Source of the DNA: Camelus ferus
Taxonomy: Eukaryota
Reading direction: 5' to 3'
NCBI RefSeq assembly: GCF_009834535.1
Contig: NC_045698.1
Coordinates: forward strand, 14,572,001-14,636,000
Length of the DNA: 64,000 nt
Of the stretch, positions 27,560-40,873 are shown one piece after another. The position numbers and the translations under genes were made by a program. The notes below the pieces were generated by a model. It saw nothing but the letters and a program-made list of their open reading frames with translations, was not told the DNA's origin and did not search any database. Each line of letters starts with the position of its first letter. Positions within the stretch are counted from its first letter, which is position 1.

Positions 27560-28349
27560 ATACAACTCTGGGGTCTCTGCTTCTAGATTCTGACCCACAG
27601 CTGCCATCTCCAGTTTCTAACTGGGACGGCATCACACTAAGACTGTCAGGCTGAGGAAACTTTGCCAGTGCATCTTGGCAAGTTTCAGCATTTACCGGTT
27701 CTCTGGCCTTGTGCAGCTGATTGCCATCAGTACAGCTTGAGCTCTTCAGGTATAAATATATCTCCCTAGAACCCAGATTTAATTCCTATCACATACCTAT
27801 GAAGAAGCAAGACACTACTTAATTCTTAATATAATTGGAATTTTAAAAAAAACTTTGTTTTTCAATCATTCAGGGTATTAAAAACCAAAGCTACACAGAT
27901 GGAGAGCCAGAAGTGAACATAAAATTGACAAACAGAATCAACACTCAAAATATAAATGGAGACCCTCTAGGGATTAAACTCTAGGGATTAAGGCAGTCAC
28001 ATTGAGCAATTAATTTTTTTTCTCTCTTGGTTCCTAACTATTTTAATGTATTTTTTTATTTGATAATAACAGTACTTTTATCTAAAATATAGTAAGTTTT
28101 TACACTTATAAATACTATGCAGAGGAACACTAAGTGTTATAAAACTCATGTTTTAATGACAATAAATTTCTGTATCTATTTCTACTGATATATTTCAAGT
28201 AATGAATGAAACCTGTTTTAAGGATTTCTGTACATGCTAAATACCTCTTCACTTCTATTGTATAGTGAAATCTACTTTCTAAGAATTCTTATTGAATAAT
28301 GTTTAAAACCAGTTTGGTACAATATAGTGAAAAAGGGTGCCTACAGGAC

Positions 28350-28565
28350 AGCAGCACATATACCAGGTACTAGAAACGTCCAAAATTTGTTTTATTTAAT
28401 CCTAATACCAACCCTGTGGAGTAATCATATCTGTTCCATATTTTGGAAAAAAAACGGATGTTTCCAAAAGCTGACTAAATCGCTCTCAAACTTGTAACCA
28501 TTAAGTGACAGAGGCTAACTGTAAACTAGATACACTGGCTCAAAAGTCTCTCTGTGACTCCACCC
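28350..28565 (-). mobile_element. MIR relic
   Basis: ATTTAATCCTAATACCAACCCTGTGGAGTA...TAAGTGACAGAG. Confidence 0.6.
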
Positions 28566-28918
28566 TCTCTTGAAATACATTCTGATTTCATTGTACTTGC
28601 ATGATTGTTGGGGTGTCTACTGAATCATATTGAAAAAAGAAACAGGTGGATGGTTATAGAGGTAATTAGCAAAGGTGTGAATCCTTTAATTACTAACAAT
28701 TTTCCTAAACCATTAATTATTTCCCAGTGTTCAGTCTCATTCAGGGCCTAATACCAATTTGACATTGAGACCGAGAGATAATTTGGTCATCAGATAGGAA
28801 AGTTAGGGTAGTTGATGATGGACTTGGGACCAGGACAGAGGAAAGGTTAGTTAGTACAGATTGGATTTAGGTTAAATTATAATTAATATTTGTTAATCTC
28901 CTGATGAGTGAATGCCAC

Positions 28919-29295
28919 TGTATTAGTTTGCTAGGGTCATCATCACAAATAACCACAGATAGGGTGACTTCACAGAACTGTATTTTCTCACAGTCCTGGA
29001 GGCTGGAAGACAGGTCAAGGTGTCTGCAGGTTTCCCTCTAGGCCTCTCTCCTTGACTTGTAGACGGCCACCACCTCCTCTGTCTCTGCCTGGTATTTCCT
29101 CTGCACTGTCCTGTGTCCTTATCTCCTCTTCTTTTGAGGACACCAGCCATATTGGATTAAAGCCCACCCCCAAAACCCTATTTCAACTTAATTACCTCTT
29201 AAAAGCCTAATTTCCAAATAGAGTCAAATTCTGAGGTATTGGGGGTTAGGTCTCCAACATATCAGTTTTCAGGGGACATATTTCAGCTCATAACT
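28919..29295 (-). mobile_element. MaLR solo LTR, MLT1B-like
   Basis: TGTATTAGTTTGCTAGGG...CTCACAGTCCTGGAGGCTGGAAG...GGACACCAGCCATATTGGATT...TCAGCTCATAAC; degenerate 5-bp TSD GCCAC/GTTAC. Confidence 0.9.
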
Positions 29296-29779
29296 GTTAC
29301 TATGCTAAGTTCCATGTTGAAAACAAAGATACTATAAAGAAAAATTTGCTTCCATGAAGTTCCTGGCAGGAGAATAACTGCCTCGAACAAGAATCTTCTT
29401 GTCTAGCCAGGTCATCCTATAAATGCCACAAAATTTTTCCTTCTTCAACAAAAACTAGTGGTGATGCTTCTTCACTTAAATGTCTTAAGTGTGCTTCTGT
29501 TAATTAGATACTACATTCACACTCCTCAGCATAATAATTAAGGTCCGGACCCACTAGTCCACCTTCTCTCAGTACAGTAACATCTTCTCTTACAGCACCT
29601 TCGCAGTTCTGAAACTTAATCAACAAGCACCCATTAATAGTCTAACATCTCTGACCATGTTCTCATTTCCCTCCCAGGCTCTGCTTTCTGCTTTCACTTG
29701 CGCACAGTTTCTTCTACCTTGGAATGTCTCTTTCCTTTTCCCTTGTAGGACAGTCTGCTCAGCTGGTCTTCACAATTGT

Positions 29780-30076
29780 GAATCTTTCCCTTGAGACTCC
29801 ATTTCCCAGATTTTCTTGCAATGCTATGTAGACACATTCCTGATTCTAGTCAAGGAAATGAGACGCAACAGATATGGGCCATGTCTGAGTCAAGACTTTT
29901 TAAGAAAATGGTTTGTCCTCTTGTGCCCCTCAGAATTAGACAGTATAGACCTGAGGGATGGGCCTGGGTCTCTGAATTGGCCAGGGAGAAGAGTTGCCTA
30001 TTGACCTTGATAGCACACAACTATAGCCTGATTGAGAAAAACACTTCCATAGTGTTTGAGACATTATATGTGCATG

Positions 30077-30167
<91 letters not shown>

Positions 30168-30225
30168 CAGACAGAAGGAACACATAGGTCCGTATGGTAG
30201 TTTAGTCTAGCCCAGCCTACTCAAG
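29780..30225 (+). mobile_element. Ancient MaLR LTR (MLT1I/J-like), interrupted by a GATA repeat
   Basis: CATTTCCCAGATTTTCTTGCA and CCTGGGTCTCTGAAT motifs. Confidence 0.5.
30077..30175. repeat. (TAGA)12 TAA (TAGA)10 (CAGA)2 compound microsatellite
   Basis: Directly visible. Confidence 0.98.
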
Positions 30226-30889
30226 AAATATATCTAACTACTGAATTTTTATTTGTATTTCAAAAGCCAGCTCAAACAGTATTTTATGTAAAATTTTCTT
30301 CCAAGTTCCCTCCTTCTGGACCACACACCCTGCAGATCTAGAAAGGAGCAGCAAGTAGAAGGCATTGTAAAGAAAGCATCGTCAGGACCTAATGATGAAT
30401 TAGATGGTCTGACAAGATGAAGAATGGATAGCGCAGGAATGGAAAAGAAGGTTGCAACAAGTTTCTAAGTTTAAAGGATAAAGGAGCTATTTGAGTGGCA
30501 GAGCTGATAACTTCAAGCTTTGACCTATTGAGTTTCAGATGGAACATGAAATTAGATCCATTTAACCACTATTTATAAATACAGAAAGGCTAGGATAAAT
30601 TTATAGTTATGATTGATTCTCTAAAAATTGTTTGGCAAGCCTGTCTGAGATGAAACATGGAAGGGAGAAATGTACAGGAAAAGGCAATATGGCAGGGAAC
30701 ATGATCCTGGAGATCTGAACTTTGGAAAGGCCAATTTTGGGGTCCCAGGATAGTACTGTACTATTCAAACAGAATAAATAAAAAGGCAATTTAGATGGAG
30801 TAATGTGAAAAGCTGAGAGAAACATTTGAAAAGATGTAAAACTTTATGAAAGATAATTCAAATCATTGTGTTATACAATTATTAGTATG

Positions 30890-31000
30890 AGGATGTAGGC
30901 TCTCTGAGAGTAGAAATATTTTTTTTTCCCAGCTTCCTTAGTCTCAGTGCCTAGAATAGTGCCTGACACATAAGAAATGTTCAATAAATATGGTTAAACC
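30890..31000 (+). mobile_element. L2 3' terminus
   Basis: CAGTGCCTAGAATAGTGCCTGACACATAAGAAATGTTCAATAAATATGGTT. Confidence 0.8.
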
Positions 31001-32242
31001 AGTAGATTGAAAACATTGGAAAGAACAGTCCTATTGAATTATCAAATTATTAAAAATAGATATGTACTCAATTATAGAACTTAAGGAGAAAGACTTGAAT
31101 ATGCTTGTTAAGGTGGGAGTTTGAGCACCTGAGAAAAGTAAAGGTTTGAAAAAGAGGAGAATGTCATGAAAATACATTCTCTGTCAGGGGCTTTGACAAA
31201 CAATAAGTGAAATCAGACTGAATGGATTTCAATAGCAAATTGAATAAAATATCTTATGATATCTGAGTACCTTGGCAATGAGGAGGCTTCACTTGGTGAT
31301 AAAGCAAGCAGGTAGCAGGTTACCTGGAACACAGAGGAGATTTCATAGATGACCCCTAATTTATGTCATAAGTTAATCAACGGAGTGGTAGGAGAATTGT
31401 CAATATGTTTTATATTCAGTGACTTCAGCCTTTTCTAGTTACCAGGAATAAGCAAATTACCTACTAACTCCTAATCAGACCTACTGGCTTGAGACTTTCA
31501 GTTAGAGAAGAGCTGTTTGAATAAGGACAATGTTCATGAAATAAATATACTAGGAAGGGCAGTGAGTATGTCAGAGCAGCCTCAAGCATTCAGGAGAAGG
31601 AAAAGTAAACTCCCTCTAAAGCATCTAGGCACCCATTCCCTGCTGAGAACTGCAGGTGTGTGGCTGGAAGCAGTTGGATCACGTAGAAGGCGGCCCAGCG
31701 GGAGGGCTTCCAATGGTCCTGCTGAACAGCCACTGCACTATTTCTCCGGCTCTCCTGGGGATTCTCCAAGCAAGCTGAGGCCCTTTAAGAAAGTCATGTT
31801 TTGCTTAAGCCAGCTAAAACAAATTTTGTTGTAGGCAATGAAGAGTATATTAGCAATTCAAATTAATTGTTACTTTTGCCTATTATATTGACATTCACAG
31901 TGGCTGAAAATTATCACTTGTTGACAGATCAGTTCCCATTTCATTCAGCCGCTCTGGGAGATCAAAGATTAACCTATCTTGTTTTCCTCTGTATTCCTAC
32001 AGCTAAGAACAGTATGTATATGATGCATAAAAAGCAGTTAGTAAATATATGCTACATGAACAATGAAGTTTATGAATGAATACTTCCCAAATTCATGTCT
32101 ATCAGGGACATTCTGGCAGAATTAGCTTAATAAAGGAATGTGACCATTATTGGCTCCCTAACAGGAATTGGTTTTAATGCTGCAAACCTCTAGTTACCCT
32201 GTGTGAACTAGCAAGCTCAAGCATGGCCAAGGCAGGTCTTAC

Positions 32243-32886
32243 TGAAACAGGAAGGAAGGGGGCAGGGCACAGCCATTAAAGGAATGACACAGCAATTAGC
32301 ACCAAGATGGCAGAAAAGTCAACTCCCAATAGGCTTTGAGCCCAAGATGGCAGGAGATTTGACTTCCATTTGAACCTTGAGCTTCATTATATGCTCATTA
32401 TAATGTATTAGCATAAATGGCACTCCCATAGGCACCATGACAGTTCCAAGGCTAGCCATAAAAGGTCAAAAAGTGAGCAGTGGCCCAATTCCAGGGGATC
32501 CCAGCCCTTTCCTCAAAGTGGCTGGAATAATCCTCCCACTTGCTAGTATATGAAATAACCAAGCCCATAAAAACTAGCAATGCTGCACCTCACGGCCTCT
32601 CACTCCCTCACCATCCCAGACAGCCCACACTCTATGGAGTGTGTATCTACTCTTACTTTAAACACCCACCCCCATGCCAAGTGGCCTCTCTGGCCTTTTG
32701 AGATGGCCTACACTCTGTCTCTGTAGTGTGCATCTCCCTGGATAAATCTACTTTCACTCAACTTTGGCTTGCTCTTGAATTCTTTCTTCTGCAAAGCTGG
32801 GGACGCTTACTTGGTGGGGCACATCCCAGGGACTCAACCAAGACCTGGGACACGCCCATCCTCTCTAGCCCTATTTTGTTGTAGCA
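32243..32886 (+). mobile_element. Solo ERV1-class LTR (644 bp)
   Basis: TGAAAC...TAGCA termini; degenerate TSD TTAC/CTAT; TATA-like CATAAAA ~32566; degenerate poly(A) signal GATAAA ~32741; homologous core with the LTR at 26674. Confidence 0.85.
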
Positions 32887-34516
32887 CTATGCCTGATATT
32901 ACAAAGACTAATAAGTCAGAACCACTCTGGTAAATAGATCAACCACACTGATATTCCAGTTGGGGGAATCTTGATAGAACACTTGGGTCTGACCACTCTC
33001 CATGGTGTATCCTGATGAAGGGTCATTTGAAGAAACAGACTCAGCCGGCCACCCAACTTCCAAACAATGCAAATTAAATCTCAAGAGTGGGAGTCCAGAG
33101 AAGGAAAAAAAAAAAAAGATAATTTCTATGGTAATAAAGTATCACAAATATCTACATATAGAAGTTTTACAAGTGGTTAATGATTGGTCAAAGATAAAAT
33201 CAAACAGTATATTTATTTGGAAATCACTTCTTTATATAGATGATAATTTTTGTGAACTATTTTTATCATCATTATTAATATTATCATTGTTAATACTGCC
33301 TTTTTGTTAGGTTTGGCCTAAATACTTCCATGTTTTCAAAGATTTTATATTAACTATTAGGTGTAGAAACCTATGATCTACAATAGACCAAACTGGGATG
33401 TTAATCTCCTAACCCAAATACTTGATTGTATATATTTATGGCACTTCAATCATCATTCCCCATCTCTGATGTACTATTACATATGATTTTATAAACATGA
33501 ATAACTGCAGGCTAGAGAAAGAGAAAGAAACAGATCCATTTCTCTCCACTTCCAGAAAGCGAAGTGACATTTCAAACTGCCAGAAACACTTGCTGTTAAT
33601 TGCTCTCATTGATTATTCCATTCTGTTGTGGGAATCCAGCTTGCCTTCCCATTGCCTCTGCATTGTAGGGGGAAGTATTATTTGATTCATGAATTCTTAA
33701 ACTGAAACTGAAACCAGACTTCCCGCTATTACGCCCCTGTGCATACCCAACAGCTTACGTCCTCTTAGCCTCTCTTCATTTAACTTCCTTCCACTGTCCC
33801 AATGCAAATAAATGTGGTTATTACCTTTAAACATAACCTGTTGGTAGAAGTGGCATGACACACTGTAGATCTTCCATTACATTCTTATTGATCCTGAAAA
33901 CAGATACCCAACGTAAAATAAACTGATAATTTATATAGGTACTCACTTAAAAATATATAGGTATATGTGTGATATATATTTATATATACATATATATTTA
34001 TTTTTATATAAACTTGCCTAGAATTTTTCTCATAATTTTTTTATGGCTTTAAAACGTAACCAGATTTTTCCTTTGTTTGTTTCTAAGAACGTGATGCCAA
34101 GAAACTGAGGGACTACATAATCTTCAAAATATGCCCCTAAGGAAGGTGATTGTAGCCCTAGAGGAATTTAAAATAAAGTATTATTCCATAAGAAATATTT
34201 AATTTTGCATTAAAATGATAATCCTTTAATTCTAACACAATGATGATGATTTAAATAGAAAATAAGCCTAAATACAGAGTAGGCAAAACAAAAATAGACA
34301 AGGAAAATGAAATATTTCCAGCTGATACAAAATCTATCTTTAGTCCATTGCTGACAAATTGCTAGATAAACAAACAGGGTTACTTGTTTATATGTGTATT
34401 ACGTCAAGACATCAAGATATTCTGACTGAAAATCACATATGAAAATAAGACTCAAGGTTAAATAGTTGAACTAAAGGTGATGGCAATGAAGTTACTTTTA
34501 TTTAATATAAAAACTA

Positions 34517-34769
34517 GGTGTTGGGAAGGGATAAATTGGGAGTTTGAGATTTGCAGATGCTAATATACATAGAATAGATAAACAACCAGTTCATACTGTA
34601 TAGCACAAGGAACTATATTCAGTATCTTTTAGTAACTTACAGTGAAAAAGAATATGAAAACAAATATATGTCTGTTCATGTATGACTGAAGCATTATGCT
34701 ATACACCAGAAATTGACACAACATTGTAAACTGACTATACTTCAATACAAAATATATATATATACAAAA
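34517..34769 (+). mobile_element. Short 5'-truncated L1 (3'UTR only)
   Basis: GGGAAGGGATAAATTGGGAGTTTGAGATTTGCAG...TACTGTATAGCACAAGGAACTATATTC...CTATACTTCAAT plus tail; putative TSD AAAAACTA (34509-16)/AAAGACTA (34770-77). Confidence 0.9.
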
Positions 34770-36916
34770 AAAGACTATATTATCCTGCATTAGACACAGT
34801 TTTATTCCATCTCTTCCCGCTTACAGCCTTAAAGAATTAATTCCTAATCACAATATGTGACAATACAATACATTTTCTTAAAAAATTTTATCACATAATA
34901 TATAAAATATTAATATAATTCTTTTTTTACTATAGATAAATTGTTTCATGTATTAAGAAAGTTTCTAACTAAATAATTTATGGCTAAAGTAATTAACACT
35001 CTTATGTATGGTTAGGGTGACTCTGTACTTCAGAGAAGATGGAATAATAGTCTCTTCTTTGTGTTTTTGTATGAGTGGTCCTGTGTTTACAATGGAAACT
35101 GATATTGGCAATTTCATCAAGATTAAACTAACTTTAAAATGTAGTATTTGAATCCAATGTTCTGTAAGTGAATAAGCTTAAAATAGATGAATGTTTTGCC
35201 ATAAGCAATGCAATTCAAATCTAGTTTGGATATTTTTTATGTACCTAAAAAAATAACTTTACTAATTTGTTTTTCTGAATAAAGATGAGTTTTATTCATG
35301 CTCCATGAAAAAGGATTAAGAGAATAGAGGAAATTTTACCCTTATAGGAAAACGTATCAATTACTTGCAGGTAAAATTGCCATATATCTGAAAAATTCTT
35401 GTGTGCATAATAAAATAAATTCACACAATGAAATGTTCTCATTCTGTTGTGTTGATGTGTTTAAAGATGATATAGCATAAAAAAATTTAAAGATGTTAGG
35501 ATAAAAGGCAAATATGTCTCATTTGAACTATAAGTAGATTTAAAATATATTTCTTGACATTATAAAATGAATATGAACATTTGTTTGCAGTGACATTTAA
35601 AATCGCTTTTAATTCTATTGCCATGGAATTGACATAACAAATCAAATAGGCTAAAAGTGTATGTTGGTATATAATCTTTATACATGAATTAGGTATTTTC
35701 CTTTTTCCTTGGATCAAGGAATAAATTTTATAATCAGATATTTGTGGGCTAAAATGCTTGAGTTCTTTTGTATCCATGGGACACGAACAACTGTTTGAAA
35801 ATGGAAGAAATGCGTAGCAGGCAGAGACAGGAAATAATTCATCAAGTGCCTACACACCCACAAGAAACTTCTTTGGACAATACCTAATATTCTTGAGTAG
35901 GACTAGTTAGTTTGCTGTTAAACTGGTATAAATTGCAGGATTCATTCATGAAGTTAACAAGGCCCTCTTTTAGAACTGGGCAAGATGATAATGAATAAAT
36001 CCATACTTATGTAAATGTATCACACACTAACAAGGAGGGGTTAAGGAAACAAATTAACCAGTAGAAGGTAGGAGCATTGAAGCAAGGTGGGGTCAAAACA
36101 ACGCCAGTACCAGAGTCAAAACTATTGCAGCTCAAGTTTAATTTTTTAATGATTATTCTGAATTGCTATCAGAGACTGACATGTTACAGGTGTATCTTCC
36201 CTTGTCTAGACTAATTCTCCTCTGCTCATTTAGCACTGCTTTTCATTCCAGTCTATTTCTGTTTCTGTCACTAACACTGCTTTTCTAAAGCAGTCTGCAT
36301 TTCTTTAATCAGATTTATAGAACCTCCACTGTGTTAAAGGCTATATGTGTGGAAGTACAAAAAAACAAAATATACAAAGTCATTCGTAAAATGAAGGTAG
36401 TGAAATACATTTCAATTCCCTTTCTCGTTTAAAACAGTATTATATTTTTTTCTGCTATTAATTAATAATTTTCAACTGGTAATGACAAAACATCAAAACT
36501 CTTTTGGTTGTATGTTTTTAACTTTTTCCCCTAGTTAATGAACCACACCCTCAATTTTATTTTTAGTGTTTGTCTCCTAATTTTAGCAATACATACAAAC
36601 TTGATCAAAGACAGGACTTAGGTGAAGACATTGATGGGTCAGTATAACCTATGAGCACTATCACATCAAACTAAACACCTGTAATATTTGTTGGTAATCA
36701 ACAACTTCAAATCAGCAAATCTCACCTTCATGATAGGAAAGCAAAGCCATGCTCTGGGAAACTCTGTTTTGGCAGATTTTTGCAAACTAATGATGACATA
36801 TCCTTCATAAATTGTAGACACTTGCTTTGAAAGGATTTTGGAGGCCCTTTGAATCAAGAGTCTTCAGACTTGTTTAATCAGAGACCACAGTAAAATTTAG
36901 CTGTTCAACATATGTA

Positions 36917-39860
36917 CACAAGGGATCGTAAGAGGCTGCTATGAGAAACTACATGCCAACAGAAAGGACAACCTAGAAGAAATGGACAATTTCTTAGAAA
37001 AGTACAATTTGCCAAGACTGAACCAGGAAGAAATAGAAACTACGAATAGGCCAATTACCAGTACTGAAATTGAATCAGTAATTTAAAAACTCCCCAAAAC
37101 AACAATAACAAAATCCAGGACCAGATGGCTTCACAGGGAATTCTAACAAACATTTAGAGAAGAGTTAACACCTATCCTTTTGAAACAATTCTAAAAAAAT
37201 TTCAGAGGAAGGAACACTTCTGAACTTATTCTGTGAGGCCACCATCACCCTGATACCAAAACCAGACAAGTATATCACACAAAAAAGAAAATTACAGGCC
37301 AATATCACTTATAAATATAGATGCAAAAATACTCAACAAAGTTCTAGCAAATCGACTCCAACAATTCATTAAAAGGATCATACACCATGATCAAGGGGAT
37401 TTATAACAGCGATGCAAGAATTTTTCACTATCTGCAATTCAATCAATGTGATACACCGCATTAGCAAATTGAAAACTAAGAACCATATGATCATCTCAAT
37501 AGATGCAGAAAAGGCTTTTGATAAAATTCAACATCCATTTATGATAAAAACTTTCCAGAAAATGGGCATAGAGGAAATATATCTCAACATAATAAAGGCT
37601 ATTTACGACAAACCCATAGCTAATACCATACTCAATGATGAAAAGGTGAAAGCATTTCCTCTAAGATCAGGTACAAGACAAGGATGCTCACTCTCACCAC
37701 TTTTATTCAACCTAGTTTTGGAAGTCCTAGCCAAAGCAATCAGAGAAAAACAAGAAATAAAAGGAATCCAATTTGGAAAAGAAGCAGTAAAATTGTCACT
37801 GTTTGCAGATGACATGATACTCTACATAGAAAATCCTAAAGAAGGGACCAGAAAACTACTAGAGCTCATCAACAAATTTGGTAAAGTTGCAGGATACAAA
37901 ATTAATATACAGAAATCAGTTGAATTTCTATACACTAACAACAAAATAGCAGAAACAAAAATTATGGAAATAATCCCATTTACCATCACATCAAAAAGAA
38001 TAAAACACCTAGGAATAAACCTACCTAAGAAGACGAAGGACCTGTACTTCAAAAACTGTAGGACATTGATGAAAAAAAATGAAGATGACATAAAGTGATG
38101 GACATAAACTCATGTTCTTAGATGGGAAGAATCAATATTGTTAAAATGGCCATACTACTTAAGCCAATATACACATTGAATGCAATCCCTATCAAATTAT
38201 CAATGACATTTTTCACAGAACTGGAACAAAAAAAAGTTATAATTTGTATGGAAATACAGAAAATCCCAAATAGAACAATATTGAGAAAGAAGAACAGAGC
38301 TGGGAGAATCACACTCCTTGACTTCATACTATATTGCAAAGCTACAGTAATCAAAACAGTATGGTACTGGCACAAAAACAGACATATAGCTCAATGGAAC
38401 AGGATAGAAATTCGAGAAATAAACCCATGTACTTATGGTCAATTAATCTATGACAAAAGAGGCAAGAATATATGATGGAGAAAAGATAGTGTCTTCAATA
38501 AGTGGTACTGGAAAAAAAACAGGACAGTTACGTGTAAAAGACTGAAATTAGAACATTCTCTAACACCATATACAAAAAAAAAAAAAAAAAAAAAACCCTC
38601 AAAATGGATTAAAGACTTAAATGTAAGACCAGATACTATAAAACTCCTAGAGGACAATATAGGCAGAACACTCTTTGACATAAATTGTAGCAATATATTT
38701 TTTTCAAAACAGCTCCTAGTGTAATGGAAACAAAAGCAAAACTAAACAAATGGAGCCTAACTAAACTTAAAAGCTTTTGCAGAGCTAAAGATTTATCAGC
38801 AAAGCAAATGGACAACCTATGCAATGAGAGAAAATATTTGCAAATGATGTGACCAACAAGGGACTAATTTCCAAAATATATAAACAGCTTATAGAGCTTA
38901 ATATCAAAAAAATAGCAACCCAATCAAAAAATGGGCAGAAGTCCTAAACAGACATTTCTCCAAAGAAGACATCCAGATGGCCAACAAGCACATGAAAAGA
39001 TGTTCAACATTACTGTTAGAGAAATGCAAATCAAAACTACAGTGAGGTATCACCTCACACCAGTCAGAACGCCATCCTTCAAAAGTCTACAAATAAATGC
39101 TAGAGAACATGTGAAGAAAAGGGAACCCTCCTACACTCTTGGTGGGAATGTAAATTGGTGCAGACAGTATGGAGGACAGTATGGAGTTTCCTTAAAAAAC
39201 TAAAAATAGACTTACCCTATGATCCAACAATCCCACTCCCAGGCATATATCCAGAGAAAACTATAATTCAAAAAGACTCATGCATCCCAATGTTCATAGT
39301 AGCACTGTTTACAATAGCCAAGGTATATGGAAAAAACCTAAATGTTCATCGACAAATGACTAGATAAAGAAGCTGTGGTAAATGTATACAATGGAATACT
39401 ACTCAGCCATAAAAAAGAATAAAATAATGCCATTTGCAGCAACATGGATGGATCTGGAGATGGTCTTTCTAAGTGAAGTAAGCCAGAAACAGAAAGATAT
39501 GACATTACTTACATGTGGAATATTAAAAAAAAAAAAGACACAAATGAACTTATTGACAAAACAGAAACAGACTCAAACAGACATAGAGAACAAACTTATG
39601 GTTACCATGGGGAAAGGGGGTGAGAAAGGATACATTTGGGAGTTCGAAATTTGCCAGTACTAACTACTATACATAAAAGAGATAGACAACAAGTTTCTTC
39701 AGTACAGCACAGGGAACTATATTCAATATCTTGTAGTAACCTATAATGAAACAGAATATGAAAAGGAATATATGTATGTATATGTATGACTGAAACAGTA
39801 TGTTGTACACCAAAAATGAACACAATATTGTAAAATGACAATATTTCAATAAAAAAGGTT
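36917..39860 (+). mobile_element. 5'-truncated LINE-1 (~2.9 kb) with disrupted ORF2 (RT core to C-terminus) and 3'UTR
   Basis: ORF2 fragments in several frames, stops and frameshifts, AATAAA at ~39848; no convincing TSD found. Confidence 0.95.
37412..38098 (+). pseudogene. L1 ORF2 reverse-transcriptase core fragment (non-functional)
   Basis: [24 protein letters not shown] and LFADDMILY motifs; ends at premature TGA; upstream stops; no endonuclease domain or ORF1. Confidence 0.93.
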
Positions 39861-40726
39861 AAAATTTTTAAGTGAATTAGTACAAAATCATTAAGTTTAT
39901 TTTATAACCTTAATCAACTGCAACCAACAATCTGAAGATATTGCAATAGATCCAACTCCATTTTACCATTGATTTAATTTTACATCAACAATTGTGACAT
40001 TGTTAAGATGGCATTGCTAAAATATCATCTAAGGTAAAATGTACACTTTTTTAATAATATGATTCCTAAAGTAATCCATCTACATATCTTGCCTACTCTA
40101 CTCTGAATATCTGTAATGTGTTCAACTAATTATCTCCATCCTCAGATATAATTAAAAATAACATGGGAAATTATACTTGAAATTTAGTATATACCTTTTG
40201 AAACATTTCCAAAATTAGGACATTGTGTATTGAAAAGGGAAAGAGTAGATATTATCAAAATTTTCAAAGGTGTTATATCTACTAAGTAGTGCTCTTATAT
40301 TGCTAAAAATTTATAGAAGCTTTTATTTCTCTATCTCATATACCTTATTAATTATATTCTATTTGCAAAAAGTAATGGATTACTAAATACATAATATGAA
40401 TAGGAGTAAGTAATCCATATTCAAGTTCTGGATTAGAATTGGATTGTAGGATATTCATTCAACAAAGGTCTTTAGAGAACTCAGTACTAAGTCAGAATGC
40501 AGCATTAGATCCCAGGGGATGTAAGATTAATATGACATGATCTAAGCTGGAGAGTTTAAACTTTGGGGAAAGATAGTGGAATAAACTGTTATAACCTAAT
40601 ATAATAAAGATCCACTTGGAGTCTGTACAATGTACCACGGCTGAGACAAAGACTCTAACTATAGGAAAAGGTAAGTGGTATGAGTTAAGCAATCAGCACA
40701 TCTGGGGTTCTGTCTTACTGAGTTAG

Positions 40727-40873
40727 GGGGAGGGTATAGCTCAAGTGGTAGAGTGCATGCTTAGCATGCATGAGGTCCTGGGTTTAGTCCCTCCTCTAAA
40801 AAAAATAGTGAATAAATCCAATTACCTCCCCCCTGAGGAAAAAAAAAGTTTTAAGAAACAAAAAGTTTAAGAA
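40727..40873 (+). mobile_element. tRNA-derived SINE, camelid vic-1 type
   Basis: GGGGAGGGTATAGCTCAAGTGGTAGAGTGCATGCTTAGCATGCATGAGGTCCTGGGTT head with A-box; AATTACCTCCCCC body; A-rich tail; TSD ACTGAGTTAG (40717-26)/ACTGAATTAG (40874-83). Confidence 0.88.

Noticed and set aside
28351..28363. U6-like GCAGCACATATAC
   Set aside because: 13-nt match only; flanks do not follow U6 and lie at a MIR edge
37412..38098. Reverse-transcriptase ORF as a novel RT system
   Set aside because: Ordinary L1 ORF2 fragment with stops and frameshifts on both sides, inside a 5'-truncated L1
40727..40795. tRNA gene
   Set aside because: B-box damaged, no acceptor-stem 3' half, followed by a SINE body, A-tail and TSD
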